In this document: positions 38,558 to 47,276 of the stretch, in pieces
Layout of the letters: each line of letters begins with the position of its first letter
How positions within the stretch are numbered: position 1 is the stretch's first letter
Source of the DNA: an uncultured Nitrososphaerota archaeon
GTDB lineage: Archaea; Thermoproteota; Nitrososphaeria; Nitrososphaerales; Gagatemarchaeaceae
Direction of reading: 5' to 3'
Length of the DNA stretch: 64,000 nucleotides
Assembly (NCBI GenBank): GCA_963703285.1
Contig: OY969807.1
Coordinates: 2,080,001-2,144,000, forward strand
The notes under the pieces: model-generated
Databases searched by the model: none
The model's input: the letters and a program-made list of their open reading frames with translations, nothing else
What the model was told of the DNA's origin: nothing
Program-made: the position numbers and the translations under genes

Positions 38558-40372
38558 ATGTCAACCACAATTACAGAACCGAGCGTGGACGTAGTCGTCC
38601 TAGGCCTCGGAGTGATAGGCGGGCTTGCGGCAACGCAGCTGGCGGTGGACGGCTACAAGGTCGCGGGAATAGACAAAGGCCCATTCTGGGAGTACTCCCA
38701 AGACTTCATCCAGACGAAGTACGACGAGTGGGGGAATACGATCATGAAGAAGTTCGACCACCCCCTACCGCTCTTCACCACCACAATGAGGAACAACATC
38801 AACCAGTTCGCCCTTCCAATCCGTAGGTACTCGGTCAGCCAGTTCCCTGCAAACGGTCACGGAGTAGGCGGAGCGGCGCACCACTACAGCGCTAGCTTCG
38901 GCCGGACGGGCGCCTGGAACTACACAGAGGCCTCGTCGACCGCTAGCCGTTACGGACCGGACTTCCTGGAACCCACGGTTCCCAATGCAGACCTGTTCGA
39001 CTGGCCGTACACCTACGAGGAAATGGAACCCTACTACAACACAGCCGAGGCAGCCTGGGGCGTCGCGGGCACCAACATGGGACCGCTGGTCCCGATGACC
39101 AAGAACTTTCCTGTCCCGCCGCACCCGGAGACACCGTCCGCCATGGTCTTCCAGGCAGCGGCAGAAGCGTTGGGCTACACCCCATATCCCTCTCCATCGG
39201 CCATCTCGTCGGCACCATACATGAACTCGTACGGCGTAGCGGTGAACGCGTGCATCTACGACGGATGGTGTAGTTGTTTGCCTTGCTATCAATGCGAAAC
39301 CGGGGCGAAGGCCAATTCTGCAAATCGTGCCGTGACGGCTGGTGTGGCAACGGGGAACCTCAGCCTGGCACTCAACAGCTACATCTTCAGGATCAACCTC
39401 GACCAGACGACGGGCCTAGCGACGGGGGTCAGCTACTACGACCCCGCCGGCAATGTCCATGTGCAGCCAGCGGCGGTCATCATGTCGGGGCTGTGGCCGT
39501 TCAACCAATACGCTATACAGGCCAAGTCGGGCATCGGGGTGCAGTACAACCCCACGACCGTGACGGGCGCGCTCGGGAGAGGTGCGGTCGACGCCGCTAT
39601 CGGCTCAGGTACCACACAGAGGGTCACGGGGCCTAGTCTTCCGATCGGCTACGCAAGCTACCAAGCGGGGAACGGTGCAGGCGGGGGTTACTCGATCTAC
39701 GACTTCGCGGACGACAACATAGACCACGCCGGCATGGCGCAGCCGGGCATAGGGGGACCGGTCATCTCAATGGGATCCTACACGGGGAATGCTCCTAGCA
39801 ATGTCTCAACCGCTGTGGCCGGAACGGCGAGCACGATAGGCAGCGCGTGGAAGGCGACGCTGAAGAACAAGTACATCCACACCTCGACCGCGGTCAGCCT
39901 ATCGGCCAGTGGTGTGGCAGTCCCCACGACCGACCTGCTCACAGACCTGGACCCCTTCTACAGCGACTACTACGGCGACCCAATCGTGAGGTTCCTTGAA
40001 ACCGCCAACAACAACTCCGTGGGCGTCTCCAACCTCATCACCCCCTTGCTCGCGCCGTTAGCAGCGAAGATAAGCGGCGGCACCGCGACGCTCAGTGCAC
40101 CCGCGGCGAACGGCACAACGCTGCCCAGCAGCTACAGCATCCACATCAGGGGAGGCGGACGAATCGGGGCGAACCCCTCGTACTCTTGTTACAACCTCTG
40201 GCACCAGTCCTGGAGTGTGGAGAACGTCTTCGCGGCCGGTGAACAACAGAACCCGACGGGAACGAATGTAACAGCGGGCACGCACGCGATTCTACCGATG
40301 GCCTACGTGGCGGTCGACGGCATCGAGCAATACCTCAAGAGCCGAGGACCTCTTGCGGATATCCCGATGTAA
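38558..40372 (+). CDS. GMC oxidoreductase flavoprotein (gluconate 2-dehydrogenase alpha-like)
   Basis: DVVVLGLGVIGG, GVGGAAHHY, DWPYTYEEMEPYY, CIYDGWC...CETGAK Cys cluster, HIRGGGRIG. Confidence 0.88.
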   Translation: MSTTITEPSVDVVVLGLGVIGGLAATQLAVDGYKVAGIDKGPFWEYSQDFIQTKYDEWGNTIMKKFDHPLPLFTTTMRNNINQFALPIRRYSVSQFPANGHGVGGAAHHYSASFGRTGAWNYTEASSTASRYGPDFLEPTVPNADLFDWPYTYEEMEPYYNTAEAAWGVAGTNMGPLVPMTKNFPVPPHPETPSAMVFQAAAEALGYTPYPSPSAISSAPYMNSYGVAVNACIYDGWCSCLPCYQCETGAKANSANRAVTAGVATGNLSLALNSYIFRINLDQTTGLATGVSYYDPAGNVHVQPAAVIMSGLWPFNQYAIQAKSGIGVQYNPTTVTGALGRGAVDAAIGSGTTQRVTGPSLPIGYASYQAGNGAGGGYSIYDFADDNIDHAGMAQPGIGGPVISMGSYTGNAPSNVSTAVAGTASTIGSAWKATLKNKYIHTSTAVSLSASGVAVPTTDLLTDLDPFYSDYYGDPIVRFLETANNNSVGVSNLITPLLAPLAAKISGGTATLSAPAANGTTLPSSYSIHIRGGGRIGANPSYSCYNLWHQSWSVENVFAAGEQQNPTGTNVTAGTHAILPMAYVAVDGIEQYLKSRGPLADIPM

Positions 40373-40417
40373 CAGAAGGGATAACTACTACCCCTTCTGC
40401 AAAATCGGGGGATTACG

Positions 40418-41077
40418 TTGTCGAGCCCGTCGAAGATGCTCGTGAACATCCCGGGGAGACAGAACCTAGACATACCTGTCTACGATAGCCACGTTCCGAA
40501 GGCCGACGAGATTGCATACATGACCCAACCGCTCCTAAAGGGGCTCATCTTCCTTGGGGGCGCGCTCAAGGACCTGCACGCCAAATGGGCGATATGGGGA
40601 GATGCCGGCGAGCTCATCAAGGGGGTCAACATAATGACCGACCACCTCGAAATCCTGACGACGGAGGAGGGTTGCGAGGAGATCTGCAAGCTCCTGGCTA
40701 CCCATGTGACGCTGGCTCCAGCGATGAAGGAGATGAAGCTCCCAAGAGACGCCGACGTGGATGGCAAGCCGTATCCCGTCTACGTGAGGAGCCACTACGC
40801 GGAGCTCACGATAGACCAAGCCAGAGTAGAGGTGTATGGCGACGAGCAGATCAAGGTCGGCGAGTGGGAATGGGGCGACCCGCTTGATTATCAGCCTGAA
40901 TACTCGTACATAACGTCAGCGAAGGTCCCGGTCGTTCCCCTCCGGCTGAAGCAGGAGCTGGACCTAGGTCTAGGATGGCTTGACAGGCTCGAGCTCATCT
41001 CGATAGCGCTCGAGTCAGGTAAGCACCACTTGGCGCAGGGCGGAGTCAGGGGAAGACCAGTAACTCCTCCAGCCTAG
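40418..41077 (+). CDS. Pol-beta-type nucleotidyltransferase-fold protein, degenerate
   Basis: WAIWGDAGELIKGV...TDHLEILT (cf. WAxxGSxxxxxQG...DIDI), RSHY, VEVYGD. Confidence 0.55.
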   Translation: MSSPSKMLVNIPGRQNLDIPVYDSHVPKADEIAYMTQPLLKGLIFLGGALKDLHAKWAIWGDAGELIKGVNIMTDHLEILTTEEGCEEICKLLATHVTLAPAMKEMKLPRDADVDGKPYPVYVRSHYAELTIDQARVEVYGDEQIKVGEWEWGDPLDYQPEYSYITSAKVPVVPLRLKQELDLGLGWLDRLELISIALESGKHHLAQGGVRGRPVTPPA

Positions 41078-41150
41078 TGTAAAGGAAGTCCGAAACCACT
41101 TGTTCCGTTAGAGGCTGGCGCCGCCAGCGAAACCTTATCCGGCGCCTTCG

Positions 41151-41591
41151 ATGCGGCCAAAGCCGAAAAGCTCTTTGGGTCTTGGGATTCGCATCCTGAA
41201 CTCATTCGTCATGACGCTCTACAAGGCGAGCGGCGGGCGCGTGGCGGGCCACCTCGGCAAGGCTCCCATCATGCTGCTGACGACCACGGGGAGCAGGTCG
41301 GGGCGGCTCCATACCAACCCCGTGCTGTACGTCACGGACGAGAGCGGCTTCGCAACCGTCCCGTCCGCCGGCGGTTCCGAGAGGAACTCCTCCTGGTTCA
41401 TGAACCTCATGCACGACCCCAACGCGGTCGTCCAGGTTAGGCGGGACAAGATCAGGGTGAGGGCCGAGAGGGCATCACCGGAAGACAGGAGGAGGCTCTG
41501 GGCGCTCCTTGCAGACGTCTACCCGACCTACAACGACTACGCGCAGAAGACGAACCGCGAGATACCCGTGGTCGTCCTTCGTCCGGTCTGA
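41151..41591 (+). CDS. Deazaflavin (F420H2)-dependent nitroreductase (Ddn family)
   Basis: LLTTTGSRSG, SAGG...WFMNL..DP, YAQKTNREIPVVVL. Confidence 0.9.
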   Translation: MRPKPKSSLGLGIRILNSFVMTLYKASGGRVAGHLGKAPIMLLTTTGSRSGRLHTNPVLYVTDESGFATVPSAGGSERNSSWFMNLMHDPNAVVQVRRDKIRVRAERASPEDRRRLWALLADVYPTYNDYAQKTNREIPVVVLRPV

Positions 41592-41691
41592 GACCCGCGC
41601 CGTCCCTTGTGGACGGGAGTTGGCTTGTTGCTAAAATCGTAATCACCCGTCCCCTAATATCAAGGGTAGACCGCGATAGGTCAGATAATCG

Positions 41692-42540
41692 TTGACGTTG
41701 ACGACCCTAGAGAAGTCCCCGCGCGGGACCGACCGTGACGGTTCCTCCACAACCGGGGCGTTCACCCGGATCATCGCAGTCGCAAACCAGAAGGGGGGCG
41801 TCGGTAAGACGGACCTCACCGTCAACCTCTCCTGCCAGCTTGCCTCTCTGGGCAAGAGGGTGCTGCTGATCGACCTGGACCCACAGGCCAACGCGACCGA
41901 CTACCTCGTGAGCCCGGAGACGCACGTCTCGAAGACCACGGCGGACCTCCTGCTGGAGGATGACGTATCTCTCGGCGACGTTCTGATAAGGGACTGCAGG
42001 GAGAACCTCGACGTAGCCCCTGCGGGCGGAGACCTGAGCGCTTGCCAGATCCGCCTCGCCAACGACATCAACATGCAGTTCAAGCTAAAGAAGAAGCTGA
42101 AGGAGCTGCGGGAGGACAAGGAATACGACTTCGTCGTAATGGACACGCCTCCTTCTCTTGGAATCCTCACCGTCAACGCGCTCACGGCCGCAAACCAGGT
42201 CCTGATCCCCGTCCAGACCCAGTATTTTGCCATGGAGGGTGTGGTCCAGCCCCTCGAGACGGTCCGGAAGATCAGGGAGGACATCAACCCCGGGCTCGAG
42301 GTTCTGGGCGCGGTCCTTACGCTCTACGACAGGCGGACGCTCATCGCGAAGGAGGTCGAGGCCAAGGTCCGGGGAGGATTCACCGACGGGACCGTCTTCG
42401 CCACCGTGATACCGGTCAACGTCAGACTTGCGGAGGCTCCGAGCTACCACAAGTCCATATTCGAGTACGACTCCGACTGCAACGGAGCAAGAGCTTACGG
42501 GAAGCTGGCGGAGGAGATCTTGGGTTGCCTCGAGGCCTAG
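41692..42540 (+). CDS. parA: ParA/Soj family ATPase
   Basis: ANQKGGVGKT, IDLDPQANAT, DTPPSLG, YDRRT, NVRLAEAPS. Confidence 0.92.
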   Translation: MTLTTLEKSPRGTDRDGSSTTGAFTRIIAVANQKGGVGKTDLTVNLSCQLASLGKRVLLIDLDPQANATDYLVSPETHVSKTTADLLLEDDVSLGDVLIRDCRENLDVAPAGGDLSACQIRLANDINMQFKLKKKLKELREDKEYDFVVMDTPPSLGILTVNALTAANQVLIPVQTQYFAMEGVVQPLETVRKIREDINPGLEVLGAVLTLYDRRTLIAKEVEAKVRGGFTDGTVFATVIPVNVRLAEAPSYHKSIFEYDSDCNGARAYGKLAEEILGCLEA

Positions 42541-43034
42541 GAGAAGACCCCCTCTCCCGTCAGAGGAAGAGAAGCGTCCGGACCCACCAGCCGGCCGAAG
42601 GTCCCTCGAGCCTCCCGGGCGGCGCCCAATTCGCTCTCCCCGGCGCAAAGGGGGGGATTTCTCACAACGACGTCTTCTTCAAGAAGAGGTCCGAGGCGGC
42701 CTCCCTAGCGACCAGCCCGGTTGGCATCGGCGGCTCGGCGGAACGCGCCCCGGCGGTGTCCGTTGCCGTCCAGGAGTCGCCCGAGACCCCGGCCGTCCAG
42801 GCCTTTCTCCCCAATCCCGTAGTCGCTCACGCCTCCGAGACGCAGTCCGTCGTGCCGCCCGCCGCCCCCGCCACCACACAGGTCGTCGCCGTTCATGATA
42901 CACCCCCCGTTGCCGCGGCGCCCGAGCTCGCCCCTGTCAAGTCGGAGCCCGCAATTCCGGACGTCCGGCCCGCCCAGGCGAAGGACAAGGAGGGAGGGCT
43001 CCTCAAGGGGCTCTTCCGCCGGTTCCGCAAGTAG
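42525..43034 (+). CDS. ParA partner: N-terminal GLGEDPL peptide, Pro/Ala-rich linker, C-terminal amphipathic helix
   Basis: TTG at 42525 preceded by GGAGGAG and overlapping the parA end; MPRGLGEDPLSRQRKR...EGGLLKGLFRRFRK. Confidence 0.65.
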   Translation: MPRGLGEDPLSRQRKRSVRTHQPAEGPSSLPGGAQFALPGAKGGISHNDVFFKKRSEAASLATSPVGIGGSAERAPAVSVAVQESPETPAVQAFLPNPVVAHASETQSVVPPAAPATTQVVAVHDTPPVAAAPELAPVKSEPAIPDVRPAQAKDKEGGLLKGLFRRFRK

Positions 43035-43109
43035 TCGGAAGCCGCAGAGGGCAACAGAACACTCTTGCATTACCGGTATAGCGGGCGATCGGGACCCCCA
43101 TCGGGGAAT

Positions 43110-43340
43110 ATGAAGCTGTTCGCGCTGGAGGCGCTCATCTCCGTCGTCTACGTGTTCGACGTCTCCGCGTACCCGTTTGTCCACGTGCCCTTCGTCTTCC
43201 TCACGCTCCTGTACTTCGGGTCGATGGTCGAGCTCTTCGGTCTAGTTCGCATCCTCCGCTTCATGCGCCTGCGCCTGGCCCGGGCCAGCGGGCGCGGGAG
43301 GACGTACCTGCTCAGAGCGGGGATTCCAACGCCGGTCTGA
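43110..43340 (+). CDS. Small membrane protein
   Basis: Two hydrophobic segments and a basic tail. Confidence 0.5.
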   Translation: MKLFALEALISVVYVFDVSAYPFVHVPFVFLTLLYFGSMVELFGLVRILRFMRLRLARASGRGRTYLLRAGIPTPV

Positions 43341-43396
43341 CGGCTGCGGGACGTCCCCAGAAGGATTCTTTAGGCTCGCCGGTGGCGGCGGGGCGT

Positions 43397-43690
43397 ATGA
43401 GGAAGAGCACGATACCCGAGTGGGCCATAGCCAGAGGGAGGCTTCAGAAGGTCGACTCGGGGGACGAGGTCGTCCAGGACATGCAGTTCATCAGCTACCT
43501 CGTCGTATTCGGCTCATCGGTAGACTACGGCGGTCTGACGCCGTCCGAGCGGACGACGACCGACAGGCTGCTCCGCATGGGAGTGCTGGTCGAGGCAGAG
43601 TCGGACGCAGGCAGCAAGAAGGTGAAGCTCGCCGAGGCCTGGCGCAGGGCCATCGAGAACCGGAGGAAGAGCGCGGACCAGCGTCCCTGA
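43397..43690 (+). CDS. Hypothetical protein, possibly winged helix
   Basis: DRLLRMGVLVE...KKVKL wing-like pattern. Confidence 0.5.
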   Translation: MRKSTIPEWAIARGRLQKVDSGDEVVQDMQFISYLVVFGSSVDYGGLTPSERTTTDRLLRMGVLVEAESDAGSKKVKLAEAWRRAIENRRKSADQRP

Positions 43691-43692
43691 AC

Positions 43693-44253
43693 TCAGCCGT
43701 CCCCCCAGACTCTCCTCAGCACCTCGCGGAGGTCCTCGTCCACGATGGTCTCGCTGGCGGTCTCGAGAAACTCGCGGGTCGCCGTCCCCCATCCCGCCCT
43801 CCTGTACTCGACCGCCTGCAGTGCCATCTCCAGCTTGTCGACCTGCCTCACCAGCCGGGCCTCTCGCGACCTCCCCCGGCTGAACTCCCCCCATACCCCG
43901 AGGTACTCGCTGCGCTGCCTCTCTGGCAGGTCGTCCAGAATCTTCCGGATGGCCGCCGACTCGCTCTCACGCTTCCGCCTCCTGGTGACCTCCCCGGGGG
44001 TGCGGTCCCCCACGATGGCCTCCGGCAGATCGTGTATCAGCGCCATCTTCATGACCTTCTCCGTGTCGAGCAACCTGGCATCGGCGTAGACCATGGCGAT
44101 GAGAGCCGTCCGGTATGAGTGGTCCGCGACCGACTCAGGATCCCTCACTCCGAGCTTGAGCACCCAGCCGCGTCGGGGCTCGCTCTTCAGACGCCCTGCC
44201 GTTGCGAAGAAGGCGAGAAGGGACCCGGAGGCGCTCTTTGGGCGTCTTGGCAT
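43693..44253 (-). CDS. HD-domain 5'-deoxynucleotidase (HDDC2/YfbR-like)
   Basis: RRGW, ESVADHSYR, IHDLPEAIVGD, DKLEMALQA. Confidence 0.9.
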   Translation of the reverse strand: MPRRPKSASGSLLAFFATAGRLKSEPRRGWVLKLGVRDPESVADHSYRTALIAMVYADARLLDTEKVMKMALIHDLPEAIVGDRTPGEVTRRRKRESESAAIRKILDDLPERQRSEYLGVWGEFSRGRSREARLVRQVDKLEMALQAVEYRRAGWGTATREFLETASETIVDEDLREVLRRVWGDG

Positions 44254-44331
44254 GAAGTTTCCCGTCTCCGCTCCGACTAATATCTGCTATCTCCGGATCT
44301 TGGCCGGCTAGCGGGCTGAGAATGCTGGCTT

Positions 44332-44703
44332 TCACGCGTCGGGGGCGAGAGCTTCGCCCAGATAGTCGTCCCTCTCTGGCGTGAAGAAATCGATGAGGAC
44401 CGTTGGGGCCTCGCCGTCCGTCTTTAGCTCGTGGAAGACGCCGGGAGGGATGAAGTAGCCGTCCCCCGGCTTGGCCCTCCACTCGGACTCGCCGACCCTG
44501 AACGTCCCTCCGCCCTCCAGGATCACACCGAACTGTGCGTGGGGATGGTTGTGCCAGGCGAAGACCCTCCCCGGTTCGATCCGGTACCACACCATCATCC
44601 CCGAGGAGGCGTGGTTCACAACCCTCCGCTTCACCCCGGGCATGATTTCGTGCCAGGCTCCCTCCTTTTCGTGCCACACAGAGGCCGTGGAGTAGGAATC
44701 CAT
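44332..44703 (-). CDS. Cupin domain protein
   Basis: HNHPHAQ...GDGYFIPPGVFH, DFFTPERDDY. Confidence 0.88.
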   Translation of the reverse strand: MDSYSTASVWHEKEGAWHEIMPGVKRRVVNHASSGMMVWYRIEPGRVFAWHNHPHAQFGVILEGGGTFRVGESEWRAKPGDGYFIPPGVFHELKTDGEAPTVLIDFFTPERDDYLGEALAPDA

Positions 44704-44859
44704 GAGAACTCCTCCCGGATACCCACCATCGGGTATTATCCGTTGCGGCGAACCCTCGGGGACGGATGAGGCTCCTCCCAAAGCGCTTCGCAGGCGACCG
44801 ACCGGCCCCTCCGCCAAACGCTTTTTAGGGGAAACCTTGACGCGGTGCTCAGAAAGCGC

Positions 44860-45480
44860 ATGAAATGCTACGTCCACCAGAACACCGACGCCATAGGCGT
44901 CTGTTCGACGTGCGGGAGGGGCGTCTGCAACGTCTGCGTGGTGAAGATAGGCGGTCGGTTCTACTGTAAGGAAGATGCGGACAGGGCCTTCGGGACGAGG
45001 CTGCGCGCGAGGGGTGCCTCCGGCGAACCAGAGAGGGAGACGGTCGTGATGGCGGGCTCCATCCTAGCCTACCTCCTCGGCACGGTCGCGCTCGTGCTCA
45101 GCTGCTTCGTCCTGTTCGCCGGCATCATGGCCGGGGACTTCGCAGGAGGCTTCTTCTCGAACATCTTCAGGCCCGACTTCGCCTTCCTCGGACCGATACT
45201 CACCTACTCGCAGGCGACGATAATCTACATCGGGATAGGGGTTATGGTCTTCGGGAGCATCGGCATAGCCGCGGGATTCTACCTCTGGAAGCGGTCGATG
45301 GGCGGCGCGCTGATCGCAATCGTCTTCGGGGTGCTGGGGCTCATCGTGGGGTTCGGCCTCGAGTCAATCTCCGCAAGCCCGATACTCGTTGACGCCTGGT
45401 TCGTGGCCAACATCGTGGCGATCGCCCTGGGCCTCATCGGACTCCGCGAGCTGATGCTCCACCCGCTCAGCCCCGAGTGA
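44860..45480 (+). CDS. Membrane protein with N-terminal B-box-like zinc finger
   Basis: MKCYVH...CSTCGRGVCNVC...YC followed by four TM helices. Confidence 0.8.
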   Translation: MKCYVHQNTDAIGVCSTCGRGVCNVCVVKIGGRFYCKEDADRAFGTRLRARGASGEPERETVVMAGSILAYLLGTVALVLSCFVLFAGIMAGDFAGGFFSNIFRPDFAFLGPILTYSQATIIYIGIGVMVFGSIGIAAGFYLWKRSMGGALIAIVFGVLGLIVGFGLESISASPILVDAWFVANIVAIALGLIGLRELMLHPLSPE

Positions 45481-45536
45481 CGCATTAGAGTTCGCAATCT
45501 TAATTAGATGAACCACACATCAAGGGGGTGATACCG

Positions 45537-46004
45537 ATGTCACTGAAACTCGGAGACCTGAAAATCAAGAGCTCAGCCTTCGGGCCGTCGGGCCGAATCC
45601 CCAAGCGGAACGCCGGTGACGGCGAGAACCTCTCGCCCCCGCTCGAGTGGAGCGGAGCGCCCAAGGGGACGCGGGAGTTCGCCCTCGTCTGCCACGACCC
45701 CGATGCGCCGCTCGTCCACGGGTTCACGCACTGGGTCCTCTACGGGATACCTTCAGGAACCACGAAGCTCGCGGAGGGCCAGAAGACCGATGCCTTCACG
45801 GCCGGGCTGAACAGCACGGGCAAGCCGGGCTACATGGGCCCCTATCCTCCGAACGGACACGGCACGCACCACTACTTCTTCTGGATCTACGCCCTCGACT
45901 CCAACCTTGACCTTAAGCCCGGACTCAAGCTCGAACAGCTCCTGCAGTCAATCGATGGCCACGTCCTCGAGCAGGCTCGGGTGGTCGGAACCTACGAGCG
46001 CTAG
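45537..46004 (+). CDS. YbhB/YbcL (PEBP) family protein
   Basis: SPPLEW, DPDAP, FTHWVLY, YMGPYPP, HHYFF. Confidence 0.92.
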   Translation: MSLKLGDLKIKSSAFGPSGRIPKRNAGDGENLSPPLEWSGAPKGTREFALVCHDPDAPLVHGFTHWVLYGIPSGTTKLAEGQKTDAFTAGLNSTGKPGYMGPYPPNGHGTHHYFFWIYALDSNLDLKPGLKLEQLLQSIDGHVLEQARVVGTYER

Positions 46005-46028
46005 GCGCGGGGCCCGCGCGGTATTGAA

Positions 46029-46217
46029 TTGAGCAAGCCCAGGCTGAAGAGCAGCCGGCTCGCTCGCTCCGCTACCTTGCTGATGATACTCCTGGGAATC
46101 TTCTCAATCCTGGTCAACACTACCCTTGCGGTCGTGCTGATCGTCCTGGGGGTGGTGATGTACCTCTTCGAGCGGGGCGTCACCCGGAGGATCCAGAAGT
46201 CGGTCGAGGAGGACTGA
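46029..46217 (+). CDS. Small two-TM protein
   Basis: Hydrophobic hairpin. Confidence 0.5.
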   Translation: MSKPRLKSSRLARSATLLMILLGIFSILVNTTLAVVLIVLGVVMYLFERGVTRRIQKSVEED

Positions 46218-46218
46218 C

Positions 46219-46503
46219 CTACTTCCTCGTGGCCATGAGCGTCTTGGCCCTCTGCTGGCACTGGATTGCCCGGTCCGAGTAGCCCTTCCAGACGCTGTAG
46301 TTGTCCTGACCCTTGGCGAGGAGCAGGAGGACATCGGCCGCGTTCAGGTAGAGGACTATCGCCTCCTCCACGCTGCCGGCCTTCTCCTTCGCCGCGGCGT
46401 CGGTGATCAACTGACCTGCGTACCACTCCACCTTCTTCAGCTTGGACATTCCGGCGGCAGGCTGGGCCTGACCCGGTTGCGCCTGCAGCTTGGGTGCTGA
46501 CAT
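46219..46503 (-). CDS. Stand-alone MIT-domain-like protein
   Basis: A..LITDAAAKEKAGSVEEAIVLYLNAADVLL...YSDRAIQCQQRAKTL three-helix MIT pattern. Confidence 0.65.
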   Translation of the reverse strand: MSAPKLQAQPGQAQPAAGMSKLKKVEWYAGQLITDAAAKEKAGSVEEAIVLYLNAADVLLLLAKGQDNYSVWKGYSDRAIQCQQRAKTLMATRK

Positions 46504-46631
46504 GGTCCACACCCTCGCCTCCCGCCCGCAAAAGAACCCTTGTCATGAATTGTAAACAAAGACACAAATCCGCGGCGCGGCCATCCAGGCGAAACTCCTA
46601 AAGCCGACCCCGCGGGCGGCCTGGCAGGAAG

Positions 46632-47231
46632 TTGACCCAGCCGGCAGGCAAGCCTGAGAGGAGGATAGGCGGGGGCGTCCTGATGATTTTCCTCATCGTC
46701 GGGGCCGTCGCAGGCGTGGCGCTGACGGGTGCGTCGATCTACCTGAACGGCGCCCCCTCGAAGACGGCCTCGATGACCGGGACGCTGTTCGTGAGCAGCT
46801 CGGGGCGGCTCACCTCCGGCCCGTCCGGTGCGGCGTACACCGCCGAGTACAACGTGACGCTCTCGGCCTCCTCGGGGATGGGGACGATGAACCTCACCCT
46901 GGTGAGCAACACCACGGACCTGCTACAGCAGCACGACTTCGCGGTCAGCGACTTCGTCGTCTCCCCGAACAACCTCACGATGGTCTTCGCCGGCAACAGC
47001 GTGAACCTTGGATGGATTAACAACAGCACGGTCCTGACGTCGGCCAACGGGACCTACACAGGGTCCTGGGGTCCGAACGCACCCGCCAGCGAGCTCTGGG
47101 GCTCGATCAGCCCGTCTGACTTCCCCGGTATCCCGTCCGGCTACTACGTCCTCCTGAGCGTCACGGTCCCCTCGCAGCCGGTCGACACCATCCCCTTCGT
47201 CCTGGGCCCCGTCACGACCAGGGAACCCTAG
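46632..47231 (+). CDS. Membrane-anchored secreted Ser/Thr/Asn-rich protein
   Basis: N-terminal TM; several NxS/T sequons. Confidence 0.7.
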   Translation: MTQPAGKPERRIGGGVLMIFLIVGAVAGVALTGASIYLNGAPSKTASMTGTLFVSSSGRLTSGPSGAAYTAEYNVTLSASSGMGTMNLTLVSNTTDLLQQHDFAVSDFVVSPNNLTMVFAGNSVNLGWINNSTVLTSANGTYTGSWGPNAPASELWGSISPSDFPGIPSGYYVLLSVTVPSQPVDTIPFVLGPVTTREP

Positions 47232-47276
47232 GGGTCGGCCCCGCGCTCAGTTAATATCGCCCCCCGCCATAGACCT

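Noticed and set aside
41080-41150. AGGAAGTCCG resembling the RNase P RNA P4 motif, plus a GC hairpin
   Set aside because: The spacer is only about 70 bp, far too short, and the 3' P4 strand is absent.
42042-42524. 5' part of the 330 aa track ORF overlapping parA
   Set aside because: Off-frame shadow of parA; the credible start is TTG 42525 after an SD-like GGAGGAG.
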